Shown: piece by piece, positions 52,101-63,674 of the stretch
Position numbering within the stretch: position 1 is the first letter of the stretch
How the letters are laid out: every line of letters starts with the position of its first letter
Source of the DNA: Phoronis australis
Lineage: Eukaryota; Animalia; Phoronida
Direction of reading: 5' to 3'
DNA: 64,000 nt
Assembly: GCA_002633005.1 (NCBI GenBank)
Contig: NMRA01000335.1
Coordinates: 62,001-126,000, forward strand
Program-made: the position numbers and the translations under genes
The notes under the pieces: generated by a model
Told to the model about the DNA's origin: nothing
The model's input: the letters and a program-made list of their open reading frames with translations, nothing else
Database searches by the model: none

Positions 52101-55100
52101 AAATCCCACTTTTTCAGCCTAGCCGCCCTGAGCGTTTCCTCGTCGAGCTGCATTGGGGCGTTCTGGTACTGAGCATACTTCCGGTGCCAGGACATGTTTC
52201 CGTCAGAGCGCTCTTTCACAGTAGGAGGTGGGTTGATGTCAGGTTCATCCTCTACCACAGGCGCCTTAATTACCAGGGCGTAGAATATAGCCAGTAGAAG
52301 CACCTAAAGTAGCGGGCAACAAATACACGATAAACCTAATCCCAGTCACATTTCTTTGCGCAATATTTGCGATTTTGTTAAGATTAAAATAATGCATTCT
52401 TCGTGAGATAGTAAGAACGAACCAGAGGCATGAATTATGTATTGACTGATGTTCGTTCACGTGCATCAACTACTTTACGAGGAATGTTTTGCTAACGATG
52501 GAACAACGCGCTTTCAAGTCAGAATAAAAGTAATCTGTTCTAGGATTGAATGTAAACTACGCTACAATTAGATTGAAAAGATACCTTACGATAGACAAAC
52601 CTCTGAAATCTGCGTCAAGTTTGAGAACACCTTACACGTCTACAAGTCAGTAATCGTGACAACTATTTTCGGCGAATTAACCAACAGCTGTTGCGAAACA
52701 ACTCCCACTTCGAACTACACAATAGTAAAGTCTTTTGAGCAGAAGAAAGCTTTTGCTTCCCAGTGGAAGTATAACGTGTACATCAAGTGACCAAATACCC
52801 TTTATCAAAGCCTCACCTGCGGAATAAGTGTTACTGTGTTGGCTCCAATGTGCCTGTATGCGTTTAGACGCTTGTCGTATACATATCATACGGAAATTCT
52901 ATATAAATCTGTTTGGTGTTCATTTGAATCCTGCACAGTCACTTTAAAGGATGCTGGTGTATAGCAATGACAGTGTTGAGAAGCAACAGCGGTCTAATGG
53001 AACGGGAAAACTAACCTTAATTGGTTGCGCGAGTAAGATGTCTTGCAAACAGGACACGACAAAAGACAGCATCCATTTATTAGATTTTGCAGCCCCGAAA
53101 ACTCCCCCGACTTCCACTGTGTAATAAAAAGCAGCGCCACATGTTGCAAAGCAGAGAAAATATGCAATGTAGTTGCACCAATGAGGGAAGCGGATCTTCT
53201 TTTTTTTCTCTCGAGGTTCTTCATAATCGACAAATTCAGGCCAATTCTCTCTGGGCTCTTTAACGTCATAGCCGTAACTATAGTCGTAGAACCTGGTTGG
53301 AAAATCTAGCATGTAGCGCGCTTGTCGGAGTTCTTTTATGGTTGTATTTTTAGGTCTCTTTACCACAGGCTTTTTCAATAGGTCTTCAGTTTCCTTGTCT
53401 GACTTTGTCTTCGAGGACTTTGAATATCTGAATATCTGAATAATTAGTAAGTTAATGGGAAACACAATCAAACTGCTGTATATTCCAGTGATGATTTCAG
53501 GGAACGAGACAGTTATCGGTCCTACAACAAACGAAGTTCCAGGTGCGGATCCGTCGTCGGCATCGTAGAATAAGATGTTGGCTAACATTGCGCTGAATAG
53601 CAGCGACACACAGCAAGTCAGGCGTTGGACTCGAGTAAAACAGCTACGCGTCGGTCGCGTTTTTACAGAAACCCATAAATGGCCGTCGAAGAAATCTTTC
53701 CTTGCTTTATTCCAGAACAAATGGTTGAAGTCTGTCAAATCATCTATTCCAGCCAACGCGACCATTCTGTCAATCTAAAGTATACGAAAATGCCAATATT
53801 CGTTTTTGGTAAAGTAAATTTATTCGCAAAATGTTACCGGTCGAAGAAATCGGTAATCATCTGTCGTAAGGAACATACTTCACCGACAGCTGGTATCTAG
53901 TGAAGATCAACTAGGTCTGCATTAACAGTTTTGCCGAATCTGGATATCATTTAAGGATCATATGTAACCTTAATCACTCCATAAACGTATAAGGATTTCT
54001 TGTACAATTGGTGTCATAGTTCAAAACGGAAAGATTTGTAATAAAGTGAAAGAAATAAGGTTAAAACTGGCGCTGAATAAGTTAAGCAAGTGTGTGGACT
54101 TGCAACAAAAACACTAGTTTATCCTTCCGTTGTTTGAGCGATCATGACCAATGTGGCGAGTCCACTGTCCGAGAATCTTGTGTGTTTGGTCGCAGTGTTC
54201 CCACGTGGATTATCTTCTGAAAGAACTGCAGAGTTGATGGAATGAATTTATCAAAGGCAGTTAATAATAAACATTACCCGTCCGTCATCTTCCTCTACGG
54301 CAAGCCACTTATCAGCTATGAAGTAAAATTGCTGACCAGTTTGCAAATCCTGTACCACCAAGCGGCTGAAGAACCATGAAGGATCACTTCCTGAGTTATC
54401 GTGCCAAACCCTAGTAAAATGAATATCAAGCTACAGTTTAAATTCCCTTAATTTTACAATGGAATAGACGTAGATATACGATGTGTAAAGTTTACTTCAT
54501 TTTGGTAGCAATTTTATCTGCCATTTGAGTTTGTGATTATACTGTTGGAGGCGCAAGTATCGGTTTCCGATGTACGAAAGTAACAGTGTTGAGTGTAAGA
54601 TTACAGAAAACAATTGCCGAAGAGAGGTTTAGCAAGAAGAAAAATAAAATACAAGATGTTCCAACCTTATATGAGTGAGAAATCCAAGAGTGTATGGGAC
54701 GGCCATAATAAAGGAATCGATATTTCCACGTTGAAGAACCGGACGACTTTCATCCGTGATTTTCCGCGGCGGGGTCTCACTTAGCTCTCCGCATAATGTC
54801 ATCGACACAACGGAAGTTGTGCCAGAATGCGGTTTCGATCCAGTGTAAACATCTAGCTGGTACAAATACTTGTCCACTGGGTCGTTGTCCACCAAAAACG
54901 TGGAAGCAACCTGGAAGTAAAAATTGGTAATGTGACACTTTCTACATTTGGGTTGGTGAAAAATATGGACTACAGATACAAATCTGGGTTAGTGAAAAAT
55001 ATGGATTGCAGATACACATCTTCGGAGCCAGGCCTTAACATAAAACTTCTCGAATTTAACCTCTGCGATGCTAGATTAACAAGTCTTATATACCGAAACA

Positions 55101-58100
55101 AGAGACCTTACTGCACAATATGAAATATAAACTAAGCCACAGAAATCTCTACTTGGACATCCAATGTGCAGTTAGCTCAATAACACAGTAGAATCTCCTG
55201 GATTTTTTAGGAGTTCGTGTCTTGCAGCTGGTGGCGGTTATATTTATCTCATTGGATATACCATAGCAAAATCCGAAGGTACAACTTTTATATAGACCTT
55301 TACATGAATCAAGTTAGAGAATAAACTTTTAGTTAACTTGAAAATGGACTCAACCTTTACGGCGTCGTCTGCATCAGCTCTTCGTGCCCAAATCAGAATC
55401 ACTAGGTATAGGCAGATAATAGCAACCATCACGGCGAAGATGACCGGGTTAGAATCTAGCTTCAGAAACGCAGAGTCAGCCGGATTGATAGTATTTATTG
55501 GAACTGCCATACCACATCCGAACAAAGATGGCCGAGCCGATTTTGCAGGGGGGATTCTGTTCGGGTCGAAAGTAGGGGATTCTCTTCTCTTACGTTTAAG
55601 TCCAACGTCATTTGCTCGAACAAACATTCGATGGAACAGGCAATGGTTCCACGAGTCATTTGTGTAAGGACCAACCTGGAATACAAACAAAACTGCGCTG
55701 TATGATGGCATAAAGGGACCTCTGCTGTCATAAAAAGCCAACTATAAGTGCTGATGGCGACCATGACGACACTTGTGATCATAATGATGCAGATGATATT
55801 GATGGTTACAGTGATGACAATGATTATGGTGGTGATGTCAGCAACGGTATAGGAATGATGTTAACGGAAATGTAAATAAGCTCTGTGCGATCGACAAGAA
55901 GTACTGTCAAATCTTCTACGTACACGGCGGTTTTGACAACATTAATGGAGGATTGAGTTTCAATTACCTCTTCCAAATCTGTTGACTCCCACTTCCCTGT
56001 ACTTCCAGCAAGAGGATTAAACAACTTGCACTGAGATGTGACGACAGAAAACGTGTAAGTGCTGAGGTCGTCTTTTTCGCCACCTGCAAGATAACTTTAA
56101 TTTGTCGTTCCAGATGTCACCTTTCCACCTACGTGAACGCTCTAGAACTAAAACTTTGATTAGAGAGAGATATTACATGTCTATTCGTCTACTACATGCA
56201 TCATACTCCAAGCGCGCAGTTTACCATCCATTTGATTGTTCGTTTTATTTGTGAACGTCAGCGAGTTCTAAGGTATTTCGGAAACATACGTGGAGGGACA
56301 CTTTTCGAGATTTCACAAAGAAAAGGACATTTAGTGGCGATCATGTTAGTTTATGCTTTATAAAATTACGATGTTATATTTAAGCTGCTATGCTAGTTAA
56401 GTCTGAAAAAAGTTTATCTAGGTTTGGCAAAGTTCTGTCTAAGTTTGTCTGGTGTACTTTTGAAAAGTACTGTAAGCACTAATTGCTATAAATGCACCGG
56501 TAACTCTGTCTGCCCGTAAGATAACATACTTGGACGTAGAACGAATGTTCGTAACTGGTTGCGTTACGTAGTATGCTGTATAAAGTAGTACATACCGAAG
56601 ACCTGTTTGTATTTGTGGACCTAGCTGGCAACCCTACAGCCGCAAGAGAACACCATATGGACACATTGCATAACATTTGCAACCTAGTCAAAACACTATC
56701 TAGAGAAAATAAATATCGGAGAAGCTGTTGAAATCATGAGCAATAAATCCAAAATGATCAGGGACAGTGGATATGGATTACCAGCTATTTACCAGCGCCT
56801 GCTCACAAGTAACAGCCACCAGGTGGTGTTAGACAACCACCAAAGTGGTGACACGAAGATTACCGCCAGTACCCCAACGACGGGCCAAGGCGGACCCGAA
56901 AGGTAATGTCCTCAAACACAAACAGGTTGCCAAGTAAGTACTTTATTCTCCGACAAAATCGTATGAACGTATTCATGCAGACCTTCATTATTGGCGATCT
57001 TAAATACCAAAGGATCAAGTTTCGAAACAAATAAAAGAAAAATGCATATGAAAATTCCAGCCATAACGGTAACACTTTGCCAAAAACAAAAACCCTAATG
57101 ATAAAGTCACGGTCAAGGAGCTGTTATTAATAAGCTTTGCAAAAGTTTTATGTGCACTTGACGATAACAAAGTGTTACACTGATTTGTTCCGTTATAGTA
57201 GGATTTTCTCCGTCTCAGGTATAATCGCATGATGCCTGTAGTCTAACGCATTTAATCACTTCATAGGACTTCTTAGGACAATCAATATAGTCAAACCTGA
57301 AGTCGCACCGTCACTGCTCTGAACGCACGAAGAGGGTGGCTTCTTCACAATCACTCCAAAATTAACAGACACTCTACCATCAGGTCTAGCCAGTGACGTT
57401 TCCTCTAACTTTCTGTAAACGGCAAACATACGCATGCTCATTCCACATCTGCTCAGTCAGGCCAAATACCGTCTTTGCTCTCTATTTTCGTACATATACA
57501 CCAAACCAGTAATGGTAGTGCTGGCTAACCTTATTTATTGGCTCCATGATGTTATGTATCAGTATCGGGAATTTCCGCAAATAGGCCAATCCAAGAGTAT
57601 TTTTGGAAAAAAATCCAAAAGAGCACCCGTGAGATTTCTTCGGTGACGGTTTGCATGTTTTCATAATCTTAATTGTTCTAAAATACGTATGCATTATATT
57701 TGGATGTAAAATATGTTTATCTTGAATACACGTCCGTGGGCCTTTTTCCGAAATTTCCGGTAATTTTCAAAATGAAATAGTTTATTTAAGGGTACGCAAA
57801 GCAGTTACGGATGTTTAACGAGAAACGTGCGGTCCTTTTTGAAGGCTCAGAAATATGCAGCTGAAAACTGCAATTTATAAGTTTTAAATTGTTTTAAAAA
57901 CTTACTATTATAAATAATTGACCTGAAAAAAATACATGAAAATCAAGGTGCGAAAGTACCATTCTGCAAAAATTGAAACGCTTCTTCTTGCAAACATCGC
58001 TTGTTATAAACGTTGTTAACCTACACGCCGCACATTTGCTTATGGTTTTAAGCCAGGTACTCGTCATTTAAGCTGCTTGGACAGTAACTAGTACACGTTT

Positions 58101-61100
58101 GTTCACCAAAACCCTTTATTATGTGTGTTTAATTATCAGTACGAACCTGCGGATTTCATAGTTTGAGCGAAAGCACGTATACAGATCGGTGTTAAAGACG
58201 TCGTCCATCTTGGTCTCGTTCACTCCTGCCAGGTCACGTGGATTCAGAGGCAACTCGCAGTGAAAATCGTAATTATCGTGCTCCACACGCTCATTCAGTT
58301 TAACGAATACGTCGTAATGTTTAGAGCACAAATATTTCTTGTACAGCTGTGACAGTAAGCTCTCATTGGCAATTGAGATATTTAGATTCTGAGACGTCAA
58401 TGGTGAAGTGGTAAACGTCGGAGAAGCAGTCGAAGAGATATTTCCTGTTGTGTTCACGGATGCTGTTGTCTCGTTGGCTGTAGTATTAACGCAGTCCCCT
58501 AACTTGAGGTGGAATGATGTATTAGGCAGAATTTCAATGACATGAACAGTCATCTTTTTGACGTCATTCTGTCCCGTATAACATTGAACTCCGGTGAAAT
58601 TCACAGGTAAAATATTAACTGAAGGCTTTCTGTAAAACATCATCTCTAACGGAGGTTTAAGTCGGATCATTATCAGTGGATTTGCGTTGCCTTCCATCAG
58701 AGATACGAACACAGAGGGGGCTGTCATAGGCAACGTGTCGCCGCTATCGTCATCTATGGTTGGGCTAGGTTCCATTACCAACGTCTGAAACATAATGATT
58801 AGGGAAGTGCAATAGGAAATGAAATCAATTGGCAGCCTTCAAATCAAATGTATAAATAAAGAAAATGTACAATGAATCCAAAGTCATTTGTGTATGTTCT
58901 ACAAAAAAAAACTGCGGAAACTCAAACATAATTTTCCCTTCAACACTTCTTAAACTATTGGAGATTAGCAAACCACGCCCATGTAATAAAGTAAACCGTT
59001 ACTAAATGGCAAGAATATTGACCTATGAATGTCCTACCTAGTACTCATATGTCTACTCAACAACTTACAGCGACACTGGCAGAAGATGCGTTGGCGCTAA
59101 ATAGACTCTTGGCCGGAGGTAGTTTGAGGTGAGCACCAAAACCCACATCTATTTTGACTGCAAGGAAACGGAAACGGGGAAGTTCATACTGTGCCTTTCA
59201 TTACAAAAGGAAACAAACTGTCCCAGTTACATGTATTAACCAAGTACAATGTATAAACAGTTGCGGAGGTATGAGATAAAACTAGATCAATTATACAATT
59301 GAAAAACAGTGGGACCACGCTGGATCTATAGCGACCGCAAAGCCATACATTTTAATGAGTTTTCTGCAAGCCTCTGGTACATTTAACAACTGTGTGGTAT
59401 CAAATTTTACAAAAGATTATGGCAGTGCTCTCAAACGTACTACAGCACTGCATACAGTTCCAAGTACAGTTACCGACTTGCGAGTCTGGCGGTTCTCACG
59501 TGACACAGTACCATTTTCATCGAGTCTAATACGTATAGACGCACATGTAATTGGTTTAGCGTAATTTTGTTTGTCACGTTTCCGGATCGCGTGTCATGTA
59601 CACTATCTCAACGTCTTTTAATCTATTGTACGCAGATGAAACAATGTCACGCAACAACAACACGTAGACCATGAGTGGTTGTGTGACTCCAAAGACCGAT
59701 GGAGAGATAATAGCGACAGTTATCAGGAAGTGGGAAAACTCTGGCACAAATTGGCAACTTCCAAGTAAATGAAGGTCAAATACGCTAGCTTTAAAAATCT
59801 ACTGAACAAATTCGAAATTCCACAAAAGTGCAACTTAATATCCATTTCTTTTCGACTAGAATCCGTTTCAAGTCAAAGTCTCGAAGTATTGCTATACACA
59901 GGTGCTCAAAATGGCGACAACTTACTGCACTGGTCCACTTAAGGCTAAAAATTACACCTGTTGCGACTGAAAAAAACGAGACAGTGTAGAAATTGGTATA
60001 GTACTACTCTTTAAAATCTGTAAAAAGTATTTATTCAAAGCACTAGCTTTCTAGCCTAAGGAGCAGCTTTGGATCGGGGAAGACGTCGATAAATGGCACG
60101 AAACACTTTCTCATACCAACCTGTTTAAAACTACAAAGAAGAGGGGTCAGAGAAAACAAAAAGCCGGGAGAGGAAAGTGAAAAGGTTTCCCTGTGCCTAG
60201 ATTGTATCATAAACAAAGGCTAAGACCACAGATCCGTGTAATACAAAGCATAAACCATATGCCGGGATAGACTTGTTACACCAAATGACTTCACACATTT
60301 ACCCACTACCATTCGTGAGGCTACTATGCTAGCCGTCACGCCCTATTCGACTGACAAATCAATATTAATGCCCATTTTTCTCAATACAACACGTCTCAAC
60401 AGTTCCACTTTCATTTTCAATGCTATGGAAATATGGCTGCCTTGCTTAAGGGTGTCTCTAAAATGAGAAAACCTACAGAAGCAAGGGCAATTACATAAAC
60501 CTATACATGTACAGTGACATACTGTAATGAGTAACCTGGATGTTTAGTTCATGCGCATGTTCAGTGACGTAAAAGGCTCCTTTGATATTGAGGTCTTAAC
60601 AAATTTTTGCTGAATCCAGAACTATGAAACAACCAGATGTAAATCTGTCTTCTCAATGTTTTGATTCCTCAGTAGGTGTCAATACTGATGTACATGTGGG
60701 CCCGGTTGCATAAAAGTCTGTATAACTATCCGGCGTATAAGGGCTTATACGTCGGATAGCAAGTTTTATGCAACCGGACCCTGGCATTTTCACAGTTCTG
60801 GATTCAGTTTAAATAGAGTGGAGCTGAAGATCAAAGGAAGTGCCACCAAAACATTTACTGCCCACTTAAACAAGAGAAGAGCAAAAAACTTTGAAAATGT
60901 TTTTCCTACTGTTGTCTAAGTCTTCAGGAATCTTCTTCACGAGCGTCAATTTGGAGCTTTCAGTTTCGAGTTCCGCCTGCTTCTCACCAGCCACCGTGTT
61001 CAGGTCCATAGTTCTCATGACCACCGCTAGGACGTTTGAAATCTTTCGTGACTACAGGCACAACAAAGAATCCAAAATCAATTTTTTGAGTTTTGAAAAA

Positions 61101-63674
61101 TGTGACTACTTCTTATTTACATGCAAAAGAGTTAGTGTTCGACATAATCGTCAGCCATTTTTACTGCATCTCCCCGATGACGTGTGTGCGCTAGTGAACA
61201 TTGTGGCTCAGAATCTTAAAACAGCTTGTGAAAATGAGCCACCCGGGTTTTCCACAAATATACCCACAAATAGAGGCCCATGGGACAATACTCCGAACAC
61301 TATCATAGTAGGCCTTGATCAATGAAATGTTATTGACAGCTACACTATGAATGTTGTAAACGACAGTCGAACAGTGTTCAAGTTCACTCCACACCTACCC
61401 TACACACGGGCATTATTTTTGTACTGATAAGATTCTATAATCAACAAAGAAATTAAAAATATCAGTTTCATGGTCTATTAAAAAGGTTACTTAATAAATT
61501 TGATTTTTGACAAGGACGACAGCAAATTACCTCGAGGCACCCAGTGGCCTAGTTTTCTTATAACTAAAAAACTTTAATAGATGCATTCCAAGCAACTAAA
61601 AATGTTTACCACCAACGCTGCTTCCTTGCGAGTCGTACCCAGTCCGATGGAGTCACCGTTCTCGTTTTCTATATCTTCGCTCCCCGAAGTAGTTCCATCA
61701 CTTAAGCCTGCATTCACGTTGGTTTGCAATACTTTGGTCAATTGCCCTGTGAGAACGGTTGAATACACAAGTACGTTTATTTTTAATACAAATAAACGTA
61801 TTGATACATGCACGAAATCATTCGTTCCACACCACAGGTCGCTTTTTACTTTTTCCCGGCGCTTTCCATGTACAACAGATATTCTCGAGTAAAGCAGATT
61901 TGATCACGTGATTCGTCTGAATGGAGACATCTCGCAGATTTGCGTGATTTCACTTTTCTCACAAGAAACTTGTTTCACGGAACGCCACGGAATTGTAGAG
62001 AGTGTTGTCAACGGTAATTATGGCCAAATCTATATTGAAGGGAATGTTGCTCACGTACATGTATATTAGAAATACAACAGAATTGTACAGCAGAAATTCA
62101 AAATGACTTACTGTCATTGGTCGTGTTGCGAAGCAAAAGAACACAATTCAAACCCGTTATGAAACAACCCTCTGTCACAAATTTGCGATTTATGCCATAT
62201 ACGTCTTAAAAATGGTCTAAACCGTGTATTTTAAATAAGATCACGTGACTTTGGCTAGATTTTACCTAGGTCCTAGCGTAGGTCCTAGCGTAGGTCCTAG
62301 CGTTCCTGAACGCAAGCCTGGATTTGCAGGCTAAATTATATGCTTTGTACCCTATGATTAAATAACCATGGTTCAAAGGGGTGACCGTTCGCAAATCGTG
62401 GGCAAACGTGCAAAGATATTATTAAGCAAAATTCTAGTTATGCTTACAACTTCCTTAAAAGGCACCACAGAAAGGTTATTTTGTTGTTTTCAACAATGTT
62501 TCCATAGTGAGCAAAATTAATCGAAGAAGTTTGTTGGTGGATAAATTGTGAGATCGTAGAAGGTACGCAAATTACGGTTATCATGTTTTAAAATTCTACT
62601 TAGCAGCAATCAGTCCAACTTTCTTGAGCGCATGCGCTCATATACATTATTAGAGGCGGAGACTTTTAAACTCTATTGAGATGAAATAATTTATATTTTC
62701 TTTGTGTATCAAAAAATGAATCTGAGGAGATTTCTTATAGTAATTCTTGCGATATTCAAAGAGACTAACTCTCGCGGTAGCATCCCCAAGAAATAGATTA
62801 GCCACGTTATGTTCATTTTTGCGAATTTTCGCGTCCATGCACCTTAAACAAGTCGATAACAGAACGTGATACCACTTTCAAAGTTTTCAAGAAATAGGTA
62901 AACATCCTACAATCCTTCAAAGGGCCTTCCCTAATTCAATATTGGATTTTTAGTTTTGTATTAGATACATTTATGACATGAAATAAACGCACTACTGCTA
63001 CTGCTACTGCAATGGCAAAATTTGCAACAGTTTGTGAACTCTTATCTAGCATCCACGGCTTATCGCGTTTACCAATCCCTTGGTTTTAGGATTTATATCA
63101 TTTACCCCGTTTTGTCCACGGTGGCCTCAAATGTGATTGCCGTGGCCGCCAGCATCATAATTTAAGCCTAGCATATTGACTACCAGTGAGTTCTCCACTA
63201 ATTCAAAAGTCCGTACTTACTCGAGTATAGAACAAGTTGATTTCAGTTTTACGAAGGTAAATGGCCTCAATCAAAAAGTTAGACCAATGTTTAAAGGTGG
63301 GTTTTAAGTAACTGCATGACTTGACGTTTAACTCCAATCGCTGTTCAAAGATGGCAACCCAATAAAACTAGCAGGAGCAAACAGACACAGAACACCCAAC
63401 ATTTGCATTGCATTTCAGTACCTGTCATGGTTAAAATATTTTTTGCTTCGTCGACGTAGGTTGTGGAAGGAATTTCCTTTTTGTGCAGAAAGTGCGTCAT
63501 CGCGTTGGTCACGCTGTCCAGGTAATTCATAGACAACATCATTCCCTCGCTATTAACTTGATCGGATTTTCTTGTAAGAGTCTCAACATATGACAGAGTT
63601 TGCTGATATTGGTCGACTGTCTTCAGGTTGTCTTCCGTAAGATTTTTAAGAACCCGAAACAGATTCAATTTGGC
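36998..63674 (-). CDS. Gene B: polycystin-1-like protein (PKD1L/REJ family), paralog of gene A, 5'-partial, 22 exons: 63674-63422,61746-61610,61051-60910,59157-59069,58784-58147,57412-57297,56083-55968,55675-55355,54910-54666,54410-54278,53774-53016,52303-52110,51733-51553,50654-50483,49772-49653,48879-48598,48235-48072,44293-44135,41329-41074,39438-39175,38380-38204,37167-36998
   Basis: Phase-consistent GT-AG exons give ~1695 aa plus TGA with the same motif series as gene A (YQLDVYTG, RVWHDNSG, DGHLWVSV..CFTRVQRLTCC, GPRLRQVR, WVDRNTRAVFIEF, LKLLQFNKKM). Confidence 0.93.
37336..37935 (-). mobile_element. MITE (tttatcccatacgc TIR family)
   Basis: Reverse-complement homologue of 46190-46689. 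Confidence 0.75.
38204..38380 (-). CDS. Gene B penultimate exon, C-tail
   Basis: gtag|AT CAT ... A|gtaagc. Confidence 0.8.
38550..38800. repeat. Related subrepeat MITE-like element
   Basis: gaaggtttgatagtcc at left; ggactatcgaacctccgactatagaacct (reverse complement) at right. Confidence 0.5.
39175..39438 (-). CDS. Gene B exon, pore filter + TM11
   Basis: acag|AC AAA TTT GAC ... A|gtgcgt; 264 bp. Confidence 0.88.
39450..39610. repeat. Compound (CA)/(TA)/(CG) microsatellite next to a gene B acceptor
   Basis: Direct inspection. Confidence 0.95.
41074..41329 (-). CDS. Gene B exon, TM9-TM10 + pore helix
   Basis: ccag|ACT ... A|gtaagt; LKLLQFNKKM. Confidence 0.93.
41607..41988. mobile_element. 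MITE with ~35-bp TIRs starting GGGCCCGG (PIF/Harbinger-like termini)
   Basis: gggcccggtctccaatctttttactcgaaatgaa .. ttcgtttcgagtacaaagattagagaccgggccc. Confidence 0.75.
43709..43908. mobile_element. Small MITE-like element with 12-bp TIR catgtgcgcacc
   Basis: catgtgcgcacc .. ggtgcgcacatg. Confidence 0.5.
44135..44293 (-). CDS. Gene B exon, TM8
   Basis: ttag|GAT TTC TGG ... GAG|gtagtt. Confidence 0.92.
44362..44409 (-). ncRNA. Mirror copy of the hammerhead motif, in sense with the gene B pre-mRNA
   Basis: Left arm of the perfect inverted repeat; predicted cleavage after the C at minus-strand position 44367. Confidence 0.72.
44430..44477 (+). ncRNA. Minimal type I hammerhead ribozyme motif (Penelope-type)
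   Basis: gactt-CUGAGGA-u-[ggugu..acacc]-GAAA-CAUG-UC-aagtt; palindromic helix III ACAUGU. Confidence 0.72.
45298..47995. mobile_element. Kolobok-like DNA transposon (TTAA TSD) with THAP remnant (-) and KolX/P2X7-ballast-like remnant (+)
   Basis: ttaa|aggacaatgccaccc .. gggtggcattctcca|ttaa (13/15 TIR match). Minus 47823-47500: MVWCIAPAC..FFLFP..KWL..HF..LKSAVVPSVFAF. Plus ~47172-47280: METTDACVCCYEIPQV..VCLT. Confidence 0.82.
46190..46689 (+). mobile_element. MITE with TIR tttatcccatacgc..gcgtatgggataaa, nested in the Kolobok-like element
   Basis: 14-bp perfect TIRs; two further copies in the window. Confidence 0.8.
48072..48235 (-). CDS. Gene B exon, TM7
   Basis: gcag|GT ... CAA|gtaagt. 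Confidence 0.92.
48598..48879 (-). CDS. Gene B exon, TOP domain
   Basis: tcag|AT ... G|gtgtgt; YSGGGYIVDL, WVDRNTRAVFIEF. Confidence 0.94.
49653..49772 (-). CDS. Gene B exon, TOP domain (TCSELLDYYFAPQGCRAHY..)
   Basis: tcag|AA ... G|gtacg. Confidence 0.9.
50483..50654 (-). CDS. Gene B exon, TOP domain (MMGGPRLRQVR)
   Basis: aaag|GTA ... G|gtaatg. Confidence 0.9.
51553..51733 (-). CDS. Gene B exon, TM6
   Basis: ccag|A ... ACG|gtaatg. Confidence 0.92.
52110..52303 (-). CDS. Gene B exon, end of TM5 + loop
   Basis: ttag|GTG ... AA|gtggga. Confidence 0.9.
53016..53774 (-). CDS. Gene B exon, TM2-TM5
   Basis: ttag|ATT GAC ... AAG|gttagt. Confidence 0.95.
54278..54410 (-). CDS. Gene B exon, PLAT part 2
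   Basis: ctag|G GTT TGG CAC ... CGG|gtaatg. Confidence 0.92.
54666..54910 (-). CDS. Gene B exon, PLAT part 1
   Basis: ccag|GTT ... AG|gttgga. Confidence 0.92.
55355..55675 (-). CDS. Gene B exon, modified GPS end + stalk + TM1
   Basis: ccag|GTT GGT ... AAG|gttgag; NHCLFHRM..KRKRRE..SLFGCGMAVPINTI. Confidence 0.92.
55968..56083 (-). CDS. Gene B exon, start of GPS (SQCKLFNPLAGSTGKWESTDLEE)
   Basis: gcag|GT ... GAG|gtaatt. Confidence 0.88.
56700..56910 (+). mobile_element. Penelope-like element 3' remnant (end of GIY-YIG endonuclease)
   Basis: EAVEIMSNKSKMIRDSGYGLPAIYQRLL resembles the PLE consensus EAIxI..LNRDxG..LP..Y..LL; followed by a decayed hammerhead-like ggg..cccgaaag. Confidence 0.65.
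57297..57412 (-). CDS. Gene B exon, GAIN
   Basis: acag|A AAG ... G|gtttga. Confidence 0.85.
58147..58784 (-). CDS. Gene B exon, GAIN with Ser/Thr-rich loop
   Basis: tcag|ACG TTG GTA ATG ... AG|gttcgt. Confidence 0.9.
59069..59157 (-). CDS. Gene B exon, GAIN (KIDVGFGAHLKLPPAKSLF..)
   Basis: gcag|TC ... GCT|gtaagt; phases fit neighbours; no paralog exon in window to confirm. Confidence 0.7.
60698..60781. mobile_element. 84-bp palindromic MITE (GGGCCCGG termini) nested in an older inverted-repeat element (~60575-60840)
   Basis: ccggttgcataaaa..ctatccggcgtataag/cttatacgtcggatag..ttttatgcaaccgg; outer IR ctgaatccagaact/agttctggattcag. Confidence 0.7.
60910..61051 (-). CDS. Gene B exon, GAIN (SRKISNVLAVVMRTMDLNTVAGEKQAELETESSKLTLVKK..)
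   Basis: gtag|TCA ... A|gtagga; phases fit. Confidence 0.7.
61610..61746 (-). CDS. Gene B exon, GAIN helical subdomain
   Basis: acag|GG CAA ... GTG|gtaaac. Confidence 0.72.
62267..62302. repeat. 12-bp tandem repeat (taggtcctagcg) x3
   Basis: Direct inspection. Confidence 0.85.
63422..63674 (-). CDS. Gene B exon, GAIN helical subdomain (most 5' exon found in window)
   Basis: tcag|GCC AAA ... G|gtactg; amphipathic helical sequence. Confidence 0.75.

Noticed and set aside
56870-56910. Hammerhead downstream of the Penelope remnant
   Set aside because: The CUGANGA core has decayed (ccaacga); not called functional.
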